From Bdellovibrionales bacterium (GTDB taxonomy: Bacteria; Bdellovibrionota; Bdellovibrionia; Bdellovibrionales; JAGQZY01), in contig JANOYW010000005.1 in assembly GCA_031429075.1 (NCBI GenBank), positions 6,900 through 70,899 on the forward strand: a stretch of 64,000 nucleotides of DNA, in the 5' to 3' direction. Under the pieces are notes generated by a model. It was given only the letters and a program-made list of their open reading frames with translations, made no database searches and was not told the DNA's origin. The stretch's first letter is position 1, and each line of letters starts with the position of its first letter. The translations under genes and the position numbers were made by a program. This document shows positions 1 through 8,038 of the stretch, one piece after another.

Positions 1-275
1 TCCTCCGCCAAGGCGAAATCAGCGATGTAGAATTATTTATCCAAGAGCCCATGGCAAGTTACGTGAGCGAACGAAGATGGCATCAGTCGCAAAAGATCAT
101 TCGCGTAGACAACGGCATCCGCCTTAAACTGCACCTCCGCATCAACGACGAGCTCGTGCGCTGGGTGTTGGGGTTGGGCTCGTGTGCAGAGGTGGTGAGT
201 CCGAAGGCTTTGCATATGCAGGTGCAGGATGAGGCAGCGAAGATAATGCAGAAAATAGATAAGAATGTGGCTTAA
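1..275 (+). CDS. WYL/YafY-family transcriptional regulator, C-terminal part (5' end lies outside the window)
   Basis: Frame 3 is open from base 3, with no stop before the listed Met at 51. The tail ERRWHQSQKIIRVDNGIRLKLHLRINDELVRWVLGLGSCAEVVSPKAL fits the conserved C-terminal region of YafY/WYL regulators (family recall). Confidence 0.7.
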   Translation, partial: LRQGEISDVELFIQEPMASYVSERRWHQSQKIIRVDNGIRLKLHLRINDELVRWVLGLGSCAEVVSPKALHMQVQDEAAKIMQKIDKNVA

Positions 276-855
276 TAGTTCGTTTGAAGTTAGCAGTCTT
301 TAGTGATTATTTTCTTATAATAAGCAGCAGAAAAAATTAATCCTCCATCACAGTTTTTGTTGCGCACTGAGAAATAAAAAAATAATTATTTTTTCGATTT
401 TGAAAAACATTGTATTTTTGAATTCATTTTCAGTCTTTTTGTACGCATTATTGTATAATTTTGTTTGGTTTAGGCCGTTTCTGTCGCTACAGTTCCTCCG
501 AAATTTTTTCGCGATACATTATAATAACCACTTTGAAAATCATATTTTCCATCTTACATTTGCCTCCAGAAAGGGGGTGAGAACATGGGAAAAACGACGA
601 CGAGAACAATTCTACGTGATGCTGTCAATGGACGAATAAAACCTATGTTTTTGTGCGCCCTCCATGGTTAGCCCCCGCGCAACTAACTTTTTTCGTAGGT
701 TCTGGCTCTTGATATGGAAAAAACGCTGCTTATGATCAAACAGCAAAAAGCCGCATGCTCCCCTAGCCCCATGGCCATTATAGAGGGATTCGTTGAAGAA
801 TGTTGAAGGATCTTTGTTAGATGGTGGCGTGCCTCCGTTTATTCACATTTATTAC

Positions 856-874
856 CTAAAAGCTTAAATTCACA
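856..874. repeat. Direct repeat R1, left copy (CTAAAAGCTTAAATTCACA)
   Basis: Exact 19-nt match to 24078-24096. Extends to 25 nt with one mismatch (850-874 vs 24072-24096). Confidence 0.85.
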
Positions 875-979
875 TAAAACCAAAAATCATTATCGCACAG
901 AGATAGGCTTTGATGAGATTCGTAATAATGGTTTGCATGATGTCCTCACGGATATCTCGTGGAGACTAAAGGTTCTAAA

Positions 980-1960
980 TCATTTAAAAAAATACCTTGT
1001 TTGATTCTTTTCGCCAGTTTTATAAAGTACACCGGTGTCTATCCACCTCCGTAGATCGCGGCTTGCAGTTGCCGTAGAAATTTCGGGCATCGCGCGAAGG
1101 TACTCCTGTCTGGAAAATTGTATTTTCTCAAATTCTACTTTAGCTAGTTGCAATCGTTGTTCTTGAATGTTGTTTGTATTAGGAGAGTTCTCAATGAACT
1201 CTAAAAGACTCAGCTCGATCACATTGAGCATAAACTCTGTAAAGACAGTCGACTCTCCGGATTTGTCAGACTTACGTAATGATTCGTAGTATTTTTTTTG
1301 GTTATCTTTGATGATGGATTCGATAGGAAGGTGAATAAAAATACTATTCAGTTCTTTGAGAATGAGTGTTTGCCAGAAGCGCCCCATGCGACCATTTCCA
1401 TCCATGAATGGGTGAATAAATTCGATCTCGTAATGTGCTATGCAAGATTTTAAGAGTAAATGTGTTTCTTTATCAGTTTTTAGCCAACTAAAAACTTCAT
1501 TTATCTTTTCTGGAACTATTTTAGGACTTGGAGCTGCATGAACAACTCTTTTTCCATCAAGAATGCCAACATTTTTATTTCGGAACTTGCCAGCGTCGGG
1601 CACTAAATTCATCATTAAAATTTTATGGGCTCTGAGAAAATCCTTAAGGCTGTAGTATTTAAACTTTTTAATTTGTTCATAGAGTTTGAGAGCATTTTTA
1701 ACTTCCAATATTTCACTGGCTTTTCCACGTACTCGTTTTCCATGGATAACATCAGAGATCTGTGATTCAGATAGCGTATTCCCTTCGATTGCGAGTGTTG
1801 AAAAAATAGTTTTGATCTGATTATTCTTTCTTAATTGAGGGCTTGGAATGGTTAAACCTCTGGTTTTTACGCTTCCCAAGAGCTCAGATATGGCTGCAAC
1901 TTTTTCTATTATTTTAGCTGTATATGAGAATGGAGGTTTCATAGATATTGATAGTATCAT
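980..1960 (-). CDS. Fic family protein (class II, internal inhibitory helix), probable AMPylase/toxin-like
   Basis: Fic motif HPFMDGNGRMGR (HPFx[DE]GN[GK]R). N-terminal TLAIEG fits the [ST]xxxE[GN] auto-inhibition motif. C-terminal wHTH-like tail. An alternative start at Met7 (1942) is possible. Confidence 0.85.
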   Translation of the reverse strand: MILSISMKPPFSYTAKIIEKVAAISELLGSVKTRGLTIPSPQLRKNNQIKTIFSTLAIEGNTLSESQISDVIHGKRVRGKASEILEVKNALKLYEQIKKFKYYSLKDFLRAHKILMMNLVPDAGKFRNKNVGILDGKRVVHAAPSPKIVPEKINEVFSWLKTDKETHLLLKSCIAHYEIEFIHPFMDGNGRMGRFWQTLILKELNSIFIHLPIESIIKDNQKKYYESLRKSDKSGESTVFTEFMLNVIELSLLEFIENSPNTNNIQEQRLQLAKVEFEKIQFSRQEYLRAMPEISTATASRDLRRWIDTGVLYKTGEKNQTRYFFK

Positions 1961-1980
1961 TTGATACTATCAATATCTAT
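1941..1980. promoter_or_regulatory. 40-bp perfect palindrome over the fic start codon (putative operator)
   Basis: ATAGATATTGATAGTATCA tt TGATACTATCAATATCTAT. 19-nt arms at 1941-1959 and 1962-1980. Confidence 0.6.
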
Positions 1981-2243
1981 GATTATTTGATCAAAAGGTT
2001 CATAAACCAAGGACCAGTCGAAGAATTTCCTAAAAGTTCGCTAATTATTTCAGAAAGAGTCTTCCGCAATAGCTTATTGTCGTTTAAGAACTAACACAAA
2101 TTGCCGAGGGAGTTCGAAAAGTTGTTCGCGCTTCAGAGTCTAGGAACTTTTAAAGCGTTTTTTGCATCACAACCCACTCCCCTTGCTACTTTTGGTCCTG
2201 TCCTCTTTTCAATAAAACAATGACTTAACCATCAAACTATTAC

Positions 2244-2459
2244 CTATAAGTATAAACCGCTCGAATCTTCCGGATCGACATGTAGGTAGATTTCGGTGGT
2301 GGAAATACTGCTATGACCGAGGGACTGCGGAATTAATCTTAAGTTGGCGCCATTTTTAAGAGCATGGCTTGCGTGAGCATGACGAAATAAATGGGGATGA
2401 GCTTTTACTCCACCATTTTGAATCAATATTGATAGGATTTCGGATGCTCGAAAATTTGG
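2244..2459 (-). pseudogene. Tyrosine recombinase/integrase, C-terminal catalytic fragment only (5'-truncated)
   Basis: [39 protein letters not shown] carries the HxxR ... H ... Y catalytic end of XerC/D-type integrases. The frame is closed by a stop at 2460-2462, so about 70 codons remain of a normally 300+ aa protein. Confidence 0.8.
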
Positions 2460-2493
2460 TCAACGAAAAACCGCGTATAAGTCTTATTATGCG

Positions 2494-2518
2494 CTAAAAC
2501 TTCGCAGATTGGGTTTTA
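2494..2518. repeat. Direct repeat R2, left copy (CTAAAACTTCGCAGATTGGGTTTTA)
   Basis: 24/25 identity with 5469-5493. Lies about 35 nt from the integrase truncation point. Confidence 0.8.
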
Positions 2519-2558
2519 AGCATGAGCCTGATCGAACCGAAAGCTGGCATAACTTGCT

Positions 2559-2903
2559 TCAGTACCCAATGTCCTTCGCGTATTTCAGCACCTTCCCGAT
2601 AGCGGTGTAAATCGTCGGCTTAAGTTCATCAGCTTTTTTATAAGTGCGGCGAAGCCGAACCATATCGAAGACGTGCACATCATCGCTTGCAAAAAGAATT
2701 GCGAGCTCGATATCAAGAGCTTCGGCAATTTGTTTGAGGGTGCTGATCGAGGGATCTTTGCGCCCGCTTTCGATCTGCGCAATCGTGCTTTGCGAGACCT
2801 TTGATTTCTTGGCAAGATCCGCTTGAGTCATCTCTCGTGTCATACGGAGATACTTGAGACGTTCTGGAAGCGTGTAGTTGGAAATGGATTGTTTTTTAGC
2901 CAT
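2559..2903 (-). CDS. XRE-family HTH transcriptional regulator
   Basis: LKYLRMTREMTQADLAKKSKVSQSTIAQIESGRKDPSISTLKQIAEAL is a canonical Cro/C1 HTH. ATG at 2903 is preferred over the TTG at 2936. Confidence 0.8.
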   Translation of the reverse strand: MAKKQSISNYTLPERLKYLRMTREMTQADLAKKSKVSQSTIAQIESGRKDPSISTLKQIAEALDIELAILFASDDVHVFDMVRLRRTYKKADELKPTIYTAIGKVLKYAKDIGY

Positions 2904-3009
2904 GGGTTCGTATCGGCAGAATCGAATATTTCTCAAGCGTCTCAGGCCTTAATTTATCAATAACGGCGATAAGTTAGTGCTTTTGCTGCTTAATTATCAC
3001 CCACAGCAC

Positions 3010-3039
3010 TTGACGCGAAGCGCGCCCTTGGTCTAGTAT
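3010..3039 (+). promoter_or_regulatory. Sigma-70-like promoter candidate for the membrane-protein gene
   Basis: TTGACG (3010-3015), 18-nt spacer, TAGTAT (3034-3039), in the divergent XRE/membrane-protein intergenic region. Confidence 0.3.
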
Positions 3040-3118
3040 GATATTACGGACCAACACCGACCCTTCTCAGCACATCATCGACGCCGTGAGTTTGTAACTC
3101 TTAAAAAAAGGTGGCGTG

Positions 3119-3874
3119 ATGTTTTTTGTAAACGGCATTTGCAGGTTGATAATTCTTTGGTGCCCAATCGCTTATATTCAAATATCGCATTTTAACTACC
3201 TCGCCGATTTTGCGAGTTACCAAGAGCTCTGCACGCAACTCTTTGCCTACGCAGCCGTAATGATGATCTTTATGGACACACTCAACCCCAAAACCGAGAT
3301 CGAGATTCGACAAACGCTCTTTGCAGGTCGAACCGGATTATTTGTGGCAACAGTTTTACCGCTGTTAGCACTTTATGGACAAAGCTTTGCCTATGCTGAC
3401 TTGACGAAATCGCGTATTATTTTTTTGAACTATCACGCCATCATTTTGTTAACAAACGGCATAGCCTATTACTTGGCGTTTTTTCATTGGGCTGCGAGCC
3501 CACGGCCGGCGCAGAAATTTTTGTGGGTGGAAGCACTTGAAGCAAAAATCAAGAAGTCTGGTTTTATCCGCGGGACGTTGGAAGGATTTGGCATTTTTTG
3601 CAAATGGACTGGCATGGCCGCAGTGGGAGTGTTTGTGATCTTTTTAGTTTTGTACCCGATCATGGAATACAAAACGCCTTCCGAGCGAGTCTACAGTGAA
3701 CACCAATCCAAAGCTTACGACCAAGCGAAAATCAAAGCGAATATCCAAAAAGCCGAGTACGTGGCAAAAAACTGCAAGGAAATGCCCGATGATGAATTTT
3801 ACAAATTACGGAATGAAATCGAAGAGACAGAGTTTGCCACTATTAGAAAGGCCTATGAGGAGCAGGAAAAATAA
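3119..3874 (+). CDS. Hypothetical multi-pass membrane protein with charged C-terminal tail
   Basis: Several hydrophobic helices, then a Lys/Glu-rich tail. AAGGTGG lies 4 nt upstream of the ATG at 3119. No family recognised. Confidence 0.5.
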   Translation: MFFVNGICRLIILWCPIAYIQISHFNYLADFASYQELCTQLFAYAAVMMIFMDTLNPKTEIEIRQTLFAGRTGLFVATVLPLLALYGQSFAYADLTKSRIIFLNYHAIILLTNGIAYYLAFFHWAASPRPAQKFLWVEALEAKIKKSGFIRGTLEGFGIFCKWTGMAAVGVFVIFLVLYPIMEYKTPSERVYSEHQSKAYDQAKIKANIQKAEYVAKNCKEMPDDEFYKLRNEIEETEFATIRKAYEEQEK

Positions 3875-3925
3875 GGGGCCGCTGGGCCTTTGAAGTGGGC
3901 GCGGCTCGTATCGCAAAAAATTATT

Positions 3926-4774
3926 TTATTTAAAGAGCTTCTCTAGCTGAGCCATTTGTTTTGCAACGGAATCAAAAACTTCTTTGAATTCTCGAGCCGT
4001 TGGCACGGTGGCTGTGGCACTTAACCAGCCTCGCTGTAAACTCGTGGAATTGATGGCTTTGATTGTCTTAGAAAAGCTTTCAGGTAACTCTGTTTCACGG
4101 AATGCAAAACATTTTTTTATAGCCTCGCCAAGTATAGCCGCATCTGCTTTCGGCAAAAATACAGATAAATCATGAACGTCTTTTGAGCGCGAATTAATAT
4201 TCCCATGCGAAATCAGTGCGTGCAGTTTTTCAGCACAAATTGTTTCAATTGGGTAAACAGACCAACTGATTTCTTCGCCTTTGGGCAAAAGCGATGGCAC
4301 TTCCATTTTCTGCGGACCAGGGATCACAGGATCGCCGATTCCTAAATCAAAATTAATGACCTGTGCTTTGTCGATATTTTTTAGAATTTCACCAATACCT
4401 GCACGATAAACTTGACGGACTCCGCCGTATTCACCTTGAGTTGCAAGACTAACCTGATCTTCAAACTTAAACCAAACCCCGTCATCCAAATCTGATTCAG
4501 CATTTTTCTTTGTCCGCTCTAAGGTGGATTCAATATTTGATTTTACTAACAGTGCATCTAGATCGACAGTGTATCGCTCTGAATTATAAACTCTCAGACC
4601 CACGAAGCCGCCTTTAAAAACCAGATTTTGACTCAGGGTTTTATCAGCAACCAATCGGGCGACAAGTCGTTCGATCATAAAAGCTGTTTGAACATTTTGA
4701 AATGGTACATTCAATTTTTTACTGAGATCCGTAATTCTTTGGCGAACTGAATTGCCCTTTGCTTTTGTTGTCAT
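3926..4774 (-). CDS. abiEii: AbiEii/AbiGii-family nucleotidyltransferase toxin (type IV TA/abortive infection)
   Basis: 282 aa. NTase core FKGGFVGLRVYNSERYTVDLD. 4-nt ATGA overlap with the upstream AbiEi gene. Confidence 0.85.
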   Translation of the reverse strand: MTTKAKGNSVRQRITDLSKKLNVPFQNVQTAFMIERLVARLVADKTLSQNLVFKGGFVGLRVYNSERYTVDLDALLVKSNIESTLERTKKNAESDLDDGVWFKFEDQVSLATQGEYGGVRQVYRAGIGEILKNIDKAQVINFDLGIGDPVIPGPQKMEVPSLLPKGEEISWSVYPIETICAEKLHALISHGNINSRSKDVHDLSVFLPKADAAILGEAIKKCFAFRETELPESFSKTIKAINSTSLQRGWLSATATVPTAREFKEVFDSVAKQMAQLEKLFK

Positions 4775-5343
4775 GGAACAATGACCTCAAGATATTTAAT
4801 CAGCACAGACTCGAGACCAAGCTCCTTGGCTGCTTTTCCAAGCTTAAGTTCGCTTGTTTGTCTTTTTGCCAGAGCATCTCTTGCCGCTTTTACGGCAGTT
4901 CGCTCGCCGATTTTTGTGATAAATTTAAGACCCTCAAGAATGGCTCTTTCAAGCGTAACAATGCGGTAGCCGTTTTGAGTGACAATTCCTTTGTCGAGTT
5001 CTGTTTTTGTGCGAATAAGCTTATATCCCTTTTCACGTGTTTTTCGTTCAGTAGGAACCATAACCCACGTGTGACCAGGGACTTGTTCTGCAAGGTTGTA
5101 ATGAAAGAGTGCAGAGAGCCCGCCAATGGCAGCATCAGATCCAAACTTTGCGCAAGCTATTTGAAAGCCGACATCCCCATCGAGATCTGCCTCGGGGTGC
5201 AGGTAAATTCCACGAGCCACCCTTTTCATCTTTTTGATTGTGACGAGTCGTGAAAGTTCTTGCTGTGTAAGTCCAATTTTTTTAGCTTGAAGCAAGCTAA
5301 AGATACCTAGTTTTTTAAGTTTTGATTCTTGTTGCTTAGTCAT
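4771..5343 (-). CDS. abiEi: AbiEi-family antitoxin/transcriptional regulator
   Basis: 190 aa. N-terminal wHTH (LKKLGIFSLLQAKKIGLTQQELSRLV ... RVARGIYL) and the AbiEi C-terminal domain (GYRIVTLERAILE). Sits upstream of and overlaps abiEii. Confidence 0.85.
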   Translation of the reverse strand: MTKQQESKLKKLGIFSLLQAKKIGLTQQELSRLVTIKKMKRVARGIYLHPEADLDGDVGFQIACAKFGSDAAIGGLSALFHYNLAEQVPGHTWVMVPTERKTREKGYKLIRTKTELDKGIVTQNGYRIVTLERAILEGLKFITKIGERTAVKAARDALAKRQTSELKLGKAAKELGLESVLIKYLEVIVP

Positions 5344-5355
5344 AATTTATTATCT

Positions 5356-5398
5356 GGTGAAAAGAGACAATTTACAACAGAAATTGTCTCTTTTCACC
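5356..5398. promoter_or_regulatory. Perfect 18-bp inverted repeat upstream of abiEi (putative AbiEi operator)
   Basis: GGTGAAAAGAGACAATTT acaacag AAATTGTCTCTTTTCACC, starting 13 nt upstream of the abiEi start codon. Confidence 0.65.
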
Positions 5399-5468
5399 AA
5401 TTAGGCGTTCGGTATTATAATCCTGGTTACACAGCCTCTGTCGACAGCAACTGAGCCAGAACATGGGG

Positions 5469-5493
5469 ACTAAAACTTCACAGATTGGGTTTT
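5469..5493. repeat. Direct repeat R2, right copy
   Basis: CTAAAACTTCACAGATTGGGTTTTA, 24/25 identity with 2494-2518. Confidence 0.8.
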
Positions 5494-5562
5494 AGGGTTT
5501 TTGTAAGGCATTGCAAGTTCTAGTTGGTCTTTTTAACAGATTTAAAATAGGATTTAAGTATT

Positions 5563-6312
5563 ATGAAAAACCCAAAACGAACTCGTAATTTATACTCATC
5601 TGCAGAGACTAAACCCTACAAGCTTTCGCGCTCTGCCATTGAGCTTTTTGTTGATTGCCCAAAATGTTTTTATATTGACCGTAAACTTGGAGTTGGCCGG
5701 CCGCCGGGCTTTCCGTTTAATATAAATTCTGCTGTGGATTCGTTATTAAAAAAAGAATTCGATCACTATCGTGCTAATAAAGAGCCGCATCCACTGATGG
5801 TGGCAAACGGTGTAAAAGCGATTCCATTTGCTCATCCTGACCTAGATAAATGGCGTGAAAACTTTGTTGGTGTTCAATATCATCACCCGTCAACAAACTT
5901 TATTATCACGGGGGCCGTGGACGATGTTTGGGTGAATTCTGCGGGTGAATTGATCGTTGTTGATTACAAAGCTACCGCCAAAAATGATGATATTACCTTG
6001 CTGGATCAAGAATGGCATGGTGGTTACAAAAGGCAGATGGAGATCTACCAGTGGCTTTTAAGACAAGTCGGCTTTGCAGTCTCAAACACGGGTTATTGGG
6101 TTTACGCCAATGGGGATAAATCGCGTGAGCGTTTTGATGCAACGATGCACTTTCGCATGACAGTGATCGCCTATGAGGGTTCTGACAACTGGGTCGAGAC
6201 GCGGATTCAGGAAATAAAAAAGTGCCTGGATGGGAATACAATCCCCGAAGCTCACAGCGAGTGTGAATATTGTGCTTATAGGGCGGCGGCCAAAGATGTT
6301 GGGGAGCTATGA
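5563..6312 (+). CDS. PD-(D/E)XK (RecB/Cas4-like) nuclease with CxxC...CxxC cysteine cluster
   Basis: Nuclease core GAVDDVWV ... LIVVDYKAT followed by QMEIYQWLL (RecB-family QxxxY). N-terminal CPKC and C-terminal CEYC suggest a 4-Cys cluster as in Cas4/AddB. No CRISPR or cas neighbours. Confidence 0.7.
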   Translation: MKNPKRTRNLYSSAETKPYKLSRSAIELFVDCPKCFYIDRKLGVGRPPGFPFNINSAVDSLLKKEFDHYRANKEPHPLMVANGVKAIPFAHPDLDKWRENFVGVQYHHPSTNFIITGAVDDVWVNSAGELIVVDYKATAKNDDITLLDQEWHGGYKRQMEIYQWLLRQVGFAVSNTGYWVYANGDKSRERFDATMHFRMTVIAYEGSDNWVETRIQEIKKCLDGNTIPEAHSECEYCAYRAAAKDVGEL

Positions 6313-6342
6313 ACCTACCGGGCTTCAACTGACCCAGGTTCC
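6311..6342. repeat. Repeat R3, copy a (immediately after the nuclease stop)
   Basis: CCTACCGGGCTTCAACTGACCCAGGTTCC is 27/29 identical to 8967-8995. Related copy at 7665-7692. Confidence 0.8.
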
Positions 6343-7031
6343 AAAACCTTAATCGCATCTTTAACCCTTGATAAAATAATTTGTTTTCTAGATGAAAGAT
6401 TTCCACGGTCTGATATATGACCGTCAATCGATTCAATAAAGTTTTTATCAATAAGAAAAGAGGTAAAAGTATCGGCAAGGAACTTGTTCAGATACTCATC
6501 AATAGACTTTATTTCCACCGGAAAGTAACTGTTTCCATCAATTAGAGTAATTATATCTTCTAAATCATGGCTTGTTCTAAAGTTTGATTTCCCCCTATCT
6601 CTAAAAGCATCTAACTTCGTTGCAATGAGATAGGGCAAGGAGAGGACCCTAAGAACATTTTTTCCAATTTTAATTTCCTTAGGACTCTTAATACCTTCTT
6701 TATACCAAGGGTTTCCAAAGCCAAAAATGGCTTGGTTGGTTGGCATCATATCTATGATTAAGTCTTTATTTTTAAATCTACAAATAACGCTTTCTTGACT
6801 AGATTCGGAGAAACCAAGCTCTCGCAATTTTTGTGCAAATTTCTCATACTCCAATCTTGAATTGGCCTCTACAATACAGTCCACGTCGAAAGTTTCACGA
6901 ATCGCGACCGATTCTGATTCGTTAATGTAAACAGAGATTATTGAACCACCGACAAATACAATATTGTCTTTAAAGTCTCCTAATTTATTAATAACCTCGA
7001 TTAAAACAGGCAGGTGATTTTGACTATTCAT
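6315..7031 (-). CDS. Nucleotidyltransferase-fold protein (AbiEii-like/minimal NTase), uncharacterised
   Basis: IVFVGGSIISVY ... IRETFDVDCIV fits the GG...TxDxD NTase signature. A later KLDAFRDRG ... SHDLEDI segment is also present. The start at Met20 (7031) gives an 8-nt overlap (ATGAATAG) with the upstream gene. Confidence 0.6.
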   Translation of the reverse strand: MNSQNHLPVLIEVINKLGDFKDNIVFVGGSIISVYINESESVAIRETFDVDCIVEANSRLEYEKFAQKLRELGFSESSQESVICRFKNKDLIIDMMPTNQAIFGFGNPWYKEGIKSPKEIKIGKNVLRVLSLPYLIATKLDAFRDRGKSNFRTSHDLEDIITLIDGNSYFPVEIKSIDEYLNKFLADTFTSFLIDKNFIESIDGHISDRGNLSSRKQIILSRVKDAIKVLEPGSVEAR

Positions 7032-7554
7032 AATTAAGCTCTTTTGATAATTCACGACCCGCGACCGCAACTTCTCGAGATTTTCCAACCCTAATCATAT
7101 CGATGAGACTTAATATTCGATATAACTTAGGATCGTCTTTAGCAGCCTCAGGTGCACTTTTATATATTGGGTTGATCCCAACACCCTTAACTTTTCCGTT
7201 TGGGCTTGCCCAGACAAAGACGGACTCTTTATCTGATTTATCATATCGAACAAAATTGAAACTCGGATTTGAATGTGCAGTAGGCATTCCGACAGTTAAA
7301 GCACCTTTAATTCCAGGGGCATTGTACTTTAGCCCATGCACAAGGTACTCGATCAATGCATCTGTCACAATGCTACCGTCTTGGTTCATAATTCTTGCTA
7401 ATTTCAGTCGCTTTATGCCATGGTTGATTTCAGCCGGACTTATTCGTAAGTCTTTGGAAACAGTCAATTGGCTTACTTTTCCAGATATCTTGAATTTAAT
7501 TGCTATCATTACATCTTGTGGCTTTATTCCTAAAAAATCTCTCATATAAAACAT
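7024..7554 (-). CDS. wHTH DNA-binding protein, putative antitoxin/regulator partner of the NTase
   Basis: N-terminal LTVSKDLRISPAEINHGIKRLKLARIM looks like a winged HTH. Translationally coupled to the downstream NTase gene. No firm family assignment. Confidence 0.5.
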   Translation of the reverse strand: MFYMRDFLGIKPQDVMIAIKFKISGKVSQLTVSKDLRISPAEINHGIKRLKLARIMNQDGSIVTDALIEYLVHGLKYNAPGIKGALTVGMPTAHSNPSFNFVRYDKSDKESVFVWASPNGKVKGVGINPIYKSAPEAAKDDPKLYRILSLIDMIRVGKSREVAVAGRELSKELNYE

Positions 7555-7565
7555 TATGGCAGGTT

Positions 7566-7596
7566 ATTCACAATTTGCAAGTTGTAAATTGTGAAT
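7566..7596. promoter_or_regulatory. 11-bp inverted repeat upstream of the wHTH gene (putative operator)
   Basis: ATTCACAATTT gcaagttgt AAATTGTGAAT, 12 nt upstream of the 7554 start. Confidence 0.5.
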
Positions 7597-7664
7597 GTTA
7601 AGCTATGTAAACTCAGATACTTATATGTTCTTTTATGTTACAGAAAATTTTTGAAACTAGAGAC

Positions 7665-7732
7665 GAGCCGGGCTTAAACCGGCCCAGGTTCCGTGATAAG
7701 ACCAGGTTACATCATGACCCTTAGCCAGCCAA
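7665..7732. repeat. Repeat R3, copy b (with extended tail shared with copy c)
   Basis: GAGCCGGGCTTAAACCGGCCCAGGTTCCGTGATAAGA ... CTTAGCCAGCCAA. The last 5 codons and stop of the 7721-8038 gene lie inside the repeat tail. Confidence 0.75.
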
Positions 7733-8038
7733 GGTCACTCGAAAGTCTAAATCGTCTTTACGGAGCATTTCTTCGATAACGACAGATACCCATGTCGGCG
7801 CATGCTCTTTAAGACGTATAGCAATGTCTGCCGCCATGCGAAGACTTGGGAATCTGCGGCCATGCTCAAAGTCGTTCAGTTTTTGGCGAGATAGCTTTAA
7901 TTTTTTAGCCATTTCAGCTTGAGAAATTTCTTCCGCCAAACGATGGGATTCGAGGAGTTTACCAAAAGTGAGGGGGCCGAAGTCTTTTTCTAGCTCTTTA
8001 AGGCCGTATTTAATATTTTTATTTTTTGCGGTAATCAT
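7721..8038 (-). CDS. XRE-family HTH antitoxin (HigA-like)
   Basis: HRLAEEISQAEMAKKLKLSRQKLNDFEHGRRFPSLRMAADIA is a Cro/C1 HTH. Sits immediately downstream of a RelE/HigB-like toxin remnant. Confidence 0.75.
   Translation of the reverse strand: MITAKNKNIKYGLKELEKDFGPLTFGKLLESHRLAEEISQAEMAKKLKLSRQKLNDFEHGRRFPSLRMAADIAIRLKEHAPTWVSVVIEEMLRKDDLDFRVTLAG

Noticed and set aside
400-639. 79-aa ORF in the AT-rich gap after the WYL regulator
   Set aside because: Phe/Asn/Leu-rich low-complexity translation of AT-rich DNA, with no SD and no recognisable features.
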